Assembly: GCA_000004985.1 (NCBI GenBank)
Contig: GG738849.1
Direction: 5' to 3' (one strand)
Source: Naegleria gruberi
Lineage: Eukaryota
DNA: 64,000 nt
The position numbers and the translations under genes are program-made. The first letter of the stretch is position 1. Every line of letters starts with the position of its first letter. The notes beneath the pieces are model-generated. The model had not been told where the DNA came from and did not search any database. It saw only the letters and a list, made by a program, of their open reading frames with translations. This document shows positions 30,942 to 40,911 of this stretch, piece after piece.

Positions 30942-31958
30942 ATGTCAAAACGCCAAAAGCTCGATTCTTCAGTGATTGTTTCAACAGATGAGATGGGAGT
31001 GATAATTTCCTTTGTGGACACATCAAGAACTTTTAACAATCTCTCACTATGTAACAAATCCATCAAGAAACAGTGTGAATTAATTATGGAAAGAGCGAAT
31101 GATAAAATTTCCTTTTTCAGAGGTTTGGAAGTGGATCCACGATTGTCTCTGATGAGAGCACAAGGAATGGGATGGAAGGTTCCGAGATGGGCACACGATG
31201 AGGTATTAAAAGGAGGATTGGATTTATTGATTTATTACAAGACATTCTTGTAGGTTTAGTTTGAAATTAACGTGTGAGAAATTTTATTCTATAGTCGTTC
31301 ACCTGGAGGAAATACTGATGAATTCATGCTGAAATTTAAGGTTTCATTCAGTGCAGAGGCTGAAATGAAGGTCATGAGATCGAAGGTTCATTGTGCTGAT
31401 GGATTTTATACTCGTATTAGACCATTCGAAAGTAAGGTTGAAAGAAAGTGGACTAATCTTTTGGAGGCTATTGAAAAACAATCATTTGAAAAGAAAACAG
31501 ATTATGAAAGTTTGAAAGTCAATACTGAGGGTCACAATGAAGATTATTTCTATACTATTCTAGATGAAGTTCATGGCTGTGAAAAATTTAACACTGACGA
31601 ATATCATGGAAAATGGACTTTTGTAAACCTTCAAGTTTCACACAAGAATGAAAAGATTTTCTCGATTGTAAGAAGGGCTGTTCATAAAGAAAAGCTTGAC
31701 ACCAATTCAGTAGATTCAAATCCAATTGCTCAAAAATTATTTGATGAATTACAAGAATTTTGTCAAGTGAGTCAAATTGCTGAATGTGAACATGATGAAT
31801 GTGAAGATTTTGAAAATGATATGATTTATGAATGTTCTAAATCAGGAATTGAAATGCACCAGACAGAAGCAGAAGTGGACGAGATTGAAGTAGATGATGA
31901 AGAACGTGATAATAGTAATATTAGAGATGTTTTGCATCGATTGATTGAGGACTATTAA
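30942..31958 (+). CDS. Hypothetical 2-exon protein (~323 aa), weak F-box-like N-terminus, acidic C-terminus
   Basis: Track ORFs 30942-31253 and 31326-31958 are joined by a 45-nt GTAGGT..TATAG intron (31250-31294). This removes the in-frame stop and gives 308 + 664 nt = 324 codons. Confidence 0.4.
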
Positions 31959-32044
31959 AGGTTAATCATTTTGGGCTTCAAATAATCATTGATTAAATGG
32001 TATCTTTCGAATAATGTCCAAGTTGCAGTTTTATTACTATTCAA

Positions 32045-34537
32045 TTACAATTTATCACAATAATCAGTGTAGAGAGGAATTTCTTCCTTCAAGCCCTTTC
32101 TTATTCTAACATCTTTGATGAGTTGGTTTGCTTTAGATTGAGGATTGTAAACATCATCTTGCATAACTTGCCAATGACTGAATCTAAATTGAGAAAATGT
32201 TTGATTTTGAGATTCTTCTCTCAGTTTCTCGTCCCATCCAAAACTTTCAATCACAGGGAGGTAACCAGAAATGACCACAAGGGGAGATGGATTAATTATT
32301 GTTGTGTTAATTATATTACCTCTTCTGTTAAAAATATCTCTGTAAACTGAACTTGTGAATGATTCATTGGATTGAACCTCAAAATGATACATTGGTTCTA
32401 CTAATTTTGGTTCAGCTCTCAGTTGACTAGCGAGCATGAGTTTAGCGCTAACTCCAACCAATTGACCTGCTCCTCTGTGAATGGAATCGGCGTGCAAATG
32501 ACAATCATGTAATTTGAAAAGAACACCTCTCATGACCTCATCACACAAACCACCCGAAGCAGTACTTATTTGAAAACCTATCGTTACATATTGCTGAATT
32601 TCATTAAGATAGCTAGTTGATTTGGATGCATTGACGAGTATGTTGGTTCTAGAGTGTGTATCTGGGCCGAAACTCCATATATTCTTTGAAATAGTCTTGT
32701 CCCATCCAAAATCATTTTCCATAATTTCAGCTATCTTTTCTTGTTCATCCATTGGAAATTGATCTCCACTTATTAATTCTATCAAGTCTTCACTAATAGG
32801 TTCCGCTTGCATGTATAGACGGTTGTGTTTGTTGGGACTTTTCCTCATTAGCATTTCTTCACTAGGATAACTAGAAACAGTTTCATGAAAATTAACGAAA
32901 TACGGTGATTTTTTGATCTGAATATCCTTTGTGAATTCTTGCAAATGACACGTTTCTAAATGGTATTCACTTTCTGCACCTAGAACACATTGTCCTGAAT
33001 CATTGAACTTGCATGATAAATTAACATTGCTCTGTATGAGTTGTTTCAAACGCTCAACAAAATTTGGCAAATCTGAAGGGTTGGTTGGCTCAACACTCAT
33101 CGAAACAATAGGACTCATATATTGTCTTATACCCTTAATTGGCATACATGCAACTCCACCTTCTTCTGTGAATGTGCACGATTTGATAAAATACTTATCC
33201 AAACCAACAATACCAATTATTGAGCCACAATACGCTCTATCAATACACTCAATGTTTGTACCAGATAGCAATAATAATCTTGCAGCACTTGTATGAAAAA
33301 CATCCTTCTTGGTTTTAAAGTTGGGGCCCAATATTCTAATTGTTGTCGATTGAGAGAAAGAACCTGAAAAGACACGAGCCAAAGCAATTGAATCACCACT
33401 GTATGTGCATTTTGGTGGTAACATCTTACTCACATACACAACCAATGGTCCATATGGATCACATTCCTTGATTCCAGTTGCATACGGATCTGTCAAGTCT
33501 TCACCAGTGTAGAGAATATCATATTTGGTTTTTTGAGCTTCCTTGGGAGAAGGCAAATGATCAATAATCATTTGAATGAGTGATTTCCGAAGAGGAAGAA
33601 ACTTTTTCATAATGACCTCGATGAGCTGTTTCGAATTTCCTTTCTTTTCCTCTCGAGAAAGGTGGATTAATAGTGTATCTAGAGTTTGTTCAAATCCAAC
33701 TGATAACATGCCTTGATCAGAGGGAATGTGGGCTCGAGCAAGATTGAAAATCTTAAAAATTGGTGCCAATATAAATTCAGAGAAAGTATGGTTCAATTGT
33801 TGACCTGTTGTGGACGAATAGGGTTGTCTTGTGAACTTTTTAATTGACCTGTCATAGTAATAATCTCCCCACAACTTTTTGATTAACTTTTCTCTTGAAA
33901 TGTTAAATTTTGAACTGTAGAATTGAGCAAAGTTATTGAGATTGAAAGCCCAACCCATCCTAGCAGAACCAAACACAACATTACAATCAACTGGATCAAG
34001 AAGATAACTATTCGATTCTTCATTGGAATATGCAGAAAGAGTGACATTAACAGACTCTATAATTCTAACAATAATTCGATAGCTTTCCTCCTCAGTCAAT
34101 TGTAACTCATTAATGAGACGGTCAATCTTGTTAATGAAAAGAATAGGTTTTACTCTTTCTTGTGCAACTTGTCTAACCAATGTTTGTGTTGGACTATGAC
34201 CCTCAACTGCATCTACAACAATGATAGTTCCATCACTAATATTCATTGCACTGACCGTTTGATAATTCATAAAAGCAGGACAATCAATCAAGTTGACCAA
34301 ATGAAGATCATCTTTTTTGGTTGGATTTTCATAAATCAAACTATAATCATTTGATAAATTATTCTCAATTTCATCATGATTTGCTTCCAAATCATCTGCA
34401 AACTTATTTTCTTCAATCAATTTCCGAGTTAGGGTTGATTTACCATGATCCACATGAGCAATGATACTAATATTTCGAATATTGTCATAATTTCGTAATA
34501 GATGATCAATCTTTTCTTTTCTATTGTTGTTGATCAT
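32045..34537 (-). CDS. EF2-family GTPase, EFL1/Ria1-like (ribosome-assembly GTPase), with a degenerate switch II
   Basis: G1 AHVDHGKST, G4 NKID, and an EF2-family C-terminus HADSIHRGAGQ...ESFGW are present. It is far more divergent than true EF2. The first real ATG is MINNNRKEK at 34537 (track start 34597 is GTG). Where EF2/EFL1/Snu114 have DSPGH, this protein has DCPAF. Confidence 0.7.
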   Translation of the reverse strand: MINNNRKEKIDHLLRNYDNIRNISIIAHVDHGKSTLTRKLIEENKFADDLEANHDEIENNLSNDYSLIYENPTKKDDLHLVNLIDCPAFMNYQTVSAMNISDGTIIVVDAVEGHSPTQTLVRQVAQERVKPILFINKIDRLINELQLTEEESYRIIVRIIESVNVTLSAYSNEESNSYLLDPVDCNVVFGSARMGWAFNLNNFAQFYSSKFNISREKLIKKLWGDYYYDRSIKKFTRQPYSSTTGQQLNHTFSEFILAPIFKIFNLARAHIPSDQGMLSVGFEQTLDTLLIHLSREEKKGNSKQLIEVIMKKFLPLRKSLIQMIIDHLPSPKEAQKTKYDILYTGEDLTDPYATGIKECDPYGPLVVYVSKMLPPKCTYSGDSIALARVFSGSFSQSTTIRILGPNFKTKKDVFHTSAARLLLLSGTNIECIDRAYCGSIIGIVGLDKYFIKSCTFTEEGGVACMPIKGIRQYMSPIVSMSVEPTNPSDLPNFVERLKQLIQSNVNLSCKFNDSGQCVLGAESEYHLETCHLQEFTKDIQIKKSPYFVNFHETVSSYPSEEMLMRKSPNKHNRLYMQAEPISEDLIELISGDQFPMDEQEKIAEIMENDFGWDKTISKNIWSFGPDTHSRTNILVNASKSTSYLNEIQQYVTIGFQISTASGGLCDEVMRGVLFKLHDCHLHADSIHRGAGQLVGVSAKLMLASQLRAEPKLVEPMYHFEVQSNESFTSSVYRDIFNRRGNIINTTIINPSPLVVISGYLPVIESFGWDEKLREESQNQTFSQFRFSHWQVMQDDVYNPQSKANQLIKDVRIRKGLKEEIPLYTDYCDKL

Positions 34538-34617
34538 GTTGTGATTTTCAAAAAGTACTGCAAACTCCTCCGAAATTGTGAATAATTGTGTGCACACAAG
34601 TTGAAGAGCTATTTTTT

Positions 34618-36363
34618 TTAATGCTTCAAATTCAAAATTGAATGATTTTTACACCACAGAACACAAAGAAATGAAAAATTGAAAAGTATTACAACTTTAT
34701 ATTCTTCATCATTAAAATCAGAAAGCTCCTCCTGATCAAATATGATATTATCCTCCTCATCGAGAATCAATTCTTCTTCATCTTCAATATCAAAATCTTC
34801 ATCTCTGTAGAACTCGACAACGTCATCTGCTTGCCACAAATTCTTGAAGAGCAATTTGTGGCTGAAACCTTTCATTTCAAAGTGGTTCTTCATTGTATCA
34901 AAGCTTTCTTCCAAAAGTTTGAGATTTTGATTGAGGAATTGACCGCTGACAGAAGAGTTTAGAGTTTCTTGGTATTGGGAAATGACTCTTGATATGGTTT
35001 CGTCTTTTCCAATGAGTTCTTGGTAGATTTCAATGGCATGTTTGACATTTTGTAATGCAAATTCAATGTTGGCTTTCAAACCTTCAAGGATGTAGGTCTC
35101 AGTTTCGAATATCATTAATTCTTTAGCTACATTTCTATCAGTACTATTTCTGTCTTCAAACAACTGACCAAGTTTCTTCATTGATTCGTTAATTTGTTGA
35201 ATAAATGTTTTGGAAGCTTCTTCTCTCAAATAAATGCATTGATTAGAAACGGAATCAATTCTTCTTAATAATCTTTCGAATATTATTCCAAGTTTCTCAT
35301 CTTCCCATTTAAAGGTACCAAATTGTTTAGATGGCTCATTAATAATTTTTTCTTTCATTTCCTTAATGAAAATACATGCATTCGGAAACATGCATTCTAA
35401 TCTTGCTCTCAAAATCTTTACAATAATTCTATTTTGACGTGTGGTCATAATTGTGATTCTTCTAAGCTTTGGATTGGCGATTTCACTCAAAGTTCCAGTG
35501 TTTAATCTAATGAATGTTTCTGGAATGACAACATGTTCAAAAACCGATATTTTTCTCATAATTTCATCTAAGGATAAACTACATTCCTCATTTAGAATGG
35601 TCAAATCAGAAACTTTCAGATTGGATGTATCTCTAATTGTCCATGGTGGATATTTTACAGTGATGGAAGAGCACAAACTGGACGATTCTTCAAAAAGCTC
35701 CAACTCGTCAATTCTGTTGAGAAAGAGTTTCTTTAGAGGTCTTTGATTTTTGTAGAATGAAAATTTGTTAATACCAAAATCTGTCAAATTTGAATAGTTA
35801 TTGGGATTGACACTTGTTAAATTTTGTTGATCAATGATATGTAATTTTTCCAAGCCATTGATTTTGCACTTTTTACAGAACTCGACCATGTCATTGGTGT
35901 CAATGATGGTAAGGGATTTGAAACATTTCACTATTTCTCTAGCAGATGTTCTATCCCAAACTCTTGCTTTTTCTTTAAATTCAATAGCATTACACTTATC
36001 AATGATGAGCTTGTTGATTTTGCTTTTTCTTGGATTTAACATTGAATGAATATCAGAATATTTCAAATTAATCTTGGAACTTTTCAAGCAAATCAATCAG
36101 CTTATTGTCAAATAGTCAATATTCATCAAACGAATCTTGAGTTTGGCTGACTCGTTTGAAATATGCATTGGTAACATTGCACTCAAAACTTCAATATCCT
36201 TAATACTCGATACAATAACACCTTCTCTTCTGTTAAGTAACTTAACTAATTCCCATTGAGTAGCACTCAAATCTTCATCGAAACCTATTTCAGTAGGTGG
36301 ATGTAATGCAAAGTGCTTTCCGCCACCAAGAGAATACAAACAACCAGCAATTGCTGAGTTCAC
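34618..36363 (-). CDS. F-box-like/leucine-rich protein interrupted by one in-frame TGA (possible pseudogene or read-through)
   Basis: Track ORFs 36097-36363 (88 aa, real ATG) and 34618-36096 are directly adjacent in the same frame: ...NIDYLTIS-TGA-LICLKSSKIN... No GT..AG intron can remove the stop. Confidence 0.35.
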
Positions 36364-36498
36364 TACTCTTTAAAATATTATTACACCGAGTGAGGAACAA
36401 AATTGAAAAATAGTATTTGTAAACTTTCTTTATATAGAGCTCACATGCTTGTTTGGTTAAATAAATTGTAATTGTAAAAACTGCACATTAAAAAAAAA

Positions 36499-38274
36499 AT
36501 GTTTGGAAAACTATTGCTCACTGTTTTCATCGTCATCTTTATGGCACAGGAAAGCAGCGGTTGCACTCTTCAGAATTGGCGATATGAAAAGAACACGTAT
36601 GGGAAGCTAACAGTTCAAGAGAATAAGAGCAACAAAACATACTTGTTCAATATTGTTGATAATCTCCAAATGTTACATGTCAGAAAACACACTGTCTTTT
36701 TGTCATTCTTTGATATATCCTACTTTGATCAGAAGATTAACATGAATTTGAGTGGAACATCAAATTATTTGGATGTCATTCAACAAGTGAAAGGATGTTT
36801 CGATACTTCCTTGGCTGAACTGTTCATTTGCTATGCCATTTCCAACAGAAGATTTGAATGCTTTTTAGTGAAGGAGCAAAGTATTGAACATCCAACCATT
36901 AAACAGCTCAATTACATCCCCTACTCGATTATCATTTTGATTCAATTTTCCATTTCCGTTTTAATAACAATTTATATGGGATGTTGTAATAAGAAAATTT
37001 ATGGTACAACTAAACAAACTCAGAAAAATACCAATCCAGAACCACAAACCAAGAAAAAACCCCTACAGAGGGAGAAGTCCACGCCGCCTTCAACAAACAA
37101 TGATGACATTGAACTAGATGAACAACAGGTCCAACAAACACATGAACATGGTGAGGATGATGGTGAGGATGATGCGGCTCAAGACGAAACAAATTTAATA
37201 GAAAGAACCACTACCTCTTCCACAGAACAAGATGAAAAACCTACCTCTTCCTTTTCCACTTTTTCCGTTGTTGTCTTGTTTTTAATATCAAGAACGCTAC
37301 GCCAGAAAATCCCTTTTGTGAGCAAGTTGAACGAAAACACTTTCACAGGAAAAAACATGTTTTTGTGGGTGGGCTGTTTTTGTGTTGGATGGTTTGTTTT
37401 TATGGAAGATTTTTTTCCAGAAACCATTATCCCCATCATTTGTGGAATAGTATTAGCAAAGCTTGTGGTGAGTTTGATTTTGGACTACACATCCAATGAG
37501 CGTTTAACAGAGTGGAGTGAAGTAATTTATTTTTTATGTAGGTGTATGATGGGTGCTATTTTTTTGATTGCAATTGTTATTTACATGATCACCAGAACAA
37601 AAAAATTTTACGGGTACAGTGAAAATATGATTGGTGAAAAATTAGTCTATTGAATTGATTTCTCTTCCTCCATTGTGATCATTATTGCTTCTTGTTTTAG
37701 TTGGCTAATTTATTCAGAATGGAATTCATATAATCATCAAGAAAATCCTTTTTTAAATGTCTTTAAAGACTTTATCCGCCAATCGCAAATCACTTCCACC
37801 TTATCTGGATTTTTCATTGTAATTGTAATTAGAGAAATATGTGAGGATTCATATATTTTGTACTCATTGGAACTAGTTAACCCTCTGGTAATCCCCTTAC
37901 TAATGATTATCGTTGAGGGTTACTTTTTTCATAAAATCAGTATAAAAATGCTTGTAACAGCAGAGGAAAAGTTGAGCAATAAGAATTACAATATGATGCA
38001 TGCAATGTATGAGTGCACAATAGATAACCTCGTCAAGCTGTTGGCCATTACATTATCTGTATGCTTATTGATAGTCATGGTTATTTTCTCTGTCTACCAG
38101 TTTAAACTCAAAGGAATGGAGTTTGTTAGTTCTCTCATAGTGGGTGCTCATGTTTCCATTCAGTTTTGGATGGATACTCATGAAGAAAGTTATAGTTCAG
38201 AAGTTTCTAAAACGGTTGAAAAATACTGCGCAGAAACCAACCATCATCATGATCAGATATTAAAATCCATCTAA
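36499..38274 (+). CDS. Signal-peptide multi-TM membrane protein; two same-frame ORFs separated by a single TGA
   Basis: Signal peptide MFGKLLLTVFIVIFMAQESSG, then TM segments and an acidic cytoplasmic stretch. ORF A ends with TGA at 37651-37653. ORF B (37675) is in the same frame, 21 nt later, and continues the TM-rich composition. No intron fits. Confidence 0.35.
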
Positions 38275-38983
38275 TCAATCCAAGCCAATCTCCCATGTGG
38301 CATTTGAAAATAAATATGAATTTCTTATAATCCTTTCTGAGCTCAATGACAGAAAGTTGCTCCCAACGCTTTTCCAAGAATATGCCAAGTGCTCACCCTT
38401 GAACATGTGGTTTTGTTCAAAGAACACCTTATCAAATTTGCTTTCTTTCTCGCCCTTTGTCATTAATTAAGGCACTCAATAATGGAAACCTTTTTTCAAG
38501 TGTTGTATTTTATCATGTCAAGTACTTGGGAAACTCGTTTGATGTAGTGGAAGATCCACTAGTAATTCAGTAAGTAACAAATCTATCTAATTTGTAACCC
38601 AGCATTTCTGAAAATGTCGAATTCATTGTAAAGAAATTAAACCACATTCAAACTTAATGAATCGTTCCTGATGCCATCCCAGCTTGATATGGAATTAAGT
38701 AATACCAATAAGGTGATTTTCAAGGCACTCTATACTGACATCCAACCAAGGGTTGATTCAAAATGAAAAAAGGAGCAATTTGGAGAAGCCATTTCGAAGC
38801 TAAGTGAAATAATTCAATTAAGGGAGAAGGAAATCTGTGTCTCTAAAAAATATTTGAAAAACAAAAAAAAATCAAGAATAAAATCAAACCTGAACTGGAA
38901 GAACAAAAGATCAGATCATCAAAATCAAAGTCTCAAGCTCAGTTCAATGAGGATTTTGAGATATATAATGAAGAACATTGATA

Positions 38984-39014
38984 GATCGATCGATTGATCG
39001 ATCAATTAATTGAT
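38984..39014. promoter_or_regulatory. Cluster of stacked perfect palindromes (ATTGATCGATCAAT, CAATTAATTG, ATCGATCGAT) in a ~0.9-kb intergenic region
   Basis: gatcgatcgattgatcgatcaattaattgat. ATTGATCGATCAAT is a 14-bp perfect palindrome. CAATTAATTG is a 10-bp palindrome with a TAAT/ATTA core. More ATCGAT-like half-sites lie at 39040-39075. Confidence 0.4.
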
Positions 39015-39450
39015 AAAATTCTATGTTTCATCCATTCAACCGATCATTTTCCATCTCGATCATTCATCGATTGGTAAAAAAATTCCATCGAAAAATTTAT
39101 GTCATAGTTTCTCGAAAACTACAATATAAAATATGAAAACGATTTAATTGATTTTCTACTACATTTTTATTCCTGATATTTCCAAATTCGAGAATTTCTA
39201 ATTCTGTGGGTGGATGTATCAGCAATGTATTCTTCCTCATTGTGGAATGATGTAAATGAATAGGGAATAGTCAGAGCTGCTTCTTCAGCTTTGGCTCCAT
39301 CACATACACCACCTGAAGTAATATTTGAAATAGAGTCGATAAATCGTGTTCTAGAGTTAGTAAAATGGTCAGCCAAATGAGAACTACTACTTAGAGGTAA
39401 GCTTTCATCTGATTGTGGAAACTATTGTACCAGATTGAATGGAATTTTAA

Positions 39451-40758
39451 CTAATAGCGGTGTAGAGCAAAATCTTTGAGGTATAATTGGATTGCCAATT
39501 TGGATGCTAAACTTTTACGTTTTCCACTCAACCAAGCACTAAAATTACATGGGTCAATATTAAAAATTTTACAAAACTCGTTTTGTGTTGAAGTCCAAGA
39601 CAATTTCCACAGTTGTATCAAATCAATATCATTCAGTTCCATAATATGTTCAGGCAATTCTCCTAAACTCGATATAACAAACTTCTTAACATCTTCTTTG
39701 GGTTTGTACACAATTGGTGTTGTTTTCGAGTCTGTTAAGAATAATTTTACAGACATTTCTGACGATAGACTTTCGTGTTTTCCTCTCAACCAAGCACTAA
39801 AATTACCTATGTCAATATTATAAACATTACAAAATTGTTTCTGTGATAATTTCCAACTTTCTTTAAAATACTGTATCAATAACGCAGTATTTAGATAGTC
39901 TACATCAATCAAACCGTGTCCTTCATCTTGCTTTTGTGATGCTATAAAGTTTAAATGTTGAAATAGAGGATCCAATTCAGATGAGTTTTCACAATAACAA
40001 AGAGAAATTTCATTCAACAAATCTTGCCATTGAATTTTTCTTCGTTTTCTTTCTGTAATTATTTCTACTAAATCAAGGGTGAGTTCAAAACCAGTGATGT
40101 ATTTAAATACTGGCTTTGCCAATTCAAAATGTTGAACATCTTGAATTAGAGAATACAAGCCAGAGTTTTCTAAAGGATATCCTGTTCTTTTCTCAAGAAC
40201 TTCTGAATAGGCATAATCGACAGATTCTTTTAGATAGTATTCTTGATCAGTTTTTGATTCAATGCATAGTTTCAAGTTATGAATGCAATCATAATAAAAA
40301 TCTCTAGAATTAATTCCCAATCGTTCTCTCACTATTAATTCCCAAATATTTCTAATATCCAGTCTCGATATTTTGATGGTGCTGGAATTACATATTTTCA
40401 CTAACAAGTGCAAACTATCCTGATAACTATACGAAGAACTGCACCATGGAAACCAAGGCTTTTCTAAACAAACTTCTAACATTCGCTTTTCATCATGGAA
40501 AATAACAAAAGACGAATGAAGAGAAAATAAACCACTTTTTAGAGTGAGAGAAAATTCTTGTTCCGACTGATCTTGTTCTTCCCTTAAATCACATTCAATA
40601 ATATTTCCATCCCGCTCAACTCTAAGCTCTTTCGCTGTTCCAAAGCGATAGAAAGTGAGAGTAACAGATTTGAGGCTCGTAGTTTTTTGTTTGATGCAGA
40701 GATGGGATGCTTCTTTGACCACTTTGTCAGCGGAACTGATTGAGCGTAACACAATCAT
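39451..40758 (-). CDS. Hypothetical protein with two tandem C-terminal lambda-repressor-like (XRE/CUT/POU-specific-like) HTH repeats
   Basis: Repeat 1 is WKLSQKQFCNVYNIDIGNFSAWLRGKHESLSSEMSVKLFL. Repeat 2 is WKLSWTSTQNEFCKIFNIDPCNFSAWLSGKRKSLASKLAIQLYL. Both fit the 'TQ.EFA...GI....IS.WE.GKR.PS...L.KLA..L' pattern of Cro/C1-type HTH. Confidence 0.4.
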   Translation of the reverse strand: MIVLRSISSADKVVKEASHLCIKQKTTSLKSVTLTFYRFGTAKELRVERDGNIIECDLREEQDQSEQEFSLTLKSGLFSLHSSFVIFHDEKRMLEVCLEKPWFPWCSSSYSYQDSLHLLVKICNSSTIKISRLDIRNIWELIVRERLGINSRDFYYDCIHNLKLCIESKTDQEYYLKESVDYAYSEVLEKRTGYPLENSGLYSLIQDVQHFELAKPVFKYITGFELTLDLVEIITERKRRKIQWQDLLNEISLCYCENSSELDPLFQHLNFIASQKQDEGHGLIDVDYLNTALLIQYFKESWKLSQKQFCNVYNIDIGNFSAWLRGKHESLSSEMSVKLFLTDSKTTPIVYKPKEDVKKFVISSLGELPEHIMELNDIDLIQLWKLSWTSTQNEFCKIFNIDPCNFSAWLSGKRKSLASKLAIQLYLKDFALHRY

Positions 40759-40911
40759 TTTTTCCTAGTCTTCAAATTTTTAGGTGGCTTAGTACCTTTT
40801 ATTGAATTGATCACAATCTTTGAATTATTTTGAATGCTTATTTATCATTTTTTTACTGCAACACCTCTTAACTTGTTTCAAGTTTACAACAAAACAAATT
40901 TCCACTAATTT

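Noticed and set aside
37654-37674. Intron joining the two TM-protein ORFs (GTGAAA...TTTTAG, 67 nt)
   Set aside because: The phase is incompatible, giving GGC TAA immediately after the acceptor. No GT..AG pair restores the frame, so the TGA is genuinely in-frame.
38275-38463. 62-aa minus-strand ORF (MTKGEKESKFDK...) just 3' of the TM-protein gene
   Set aside because: It lacks the A-run start context and has no homology signal. It could be a 3' UTR of the TM gene. It is left unannotated.
39167-39376. 69-aa minus ORF downstream of the HTH gene
   Set aside because: It has no in-frame ATG (TTG start) and no plausible splice that removes the HTH gene's TAG. It is likely 3' UTR.
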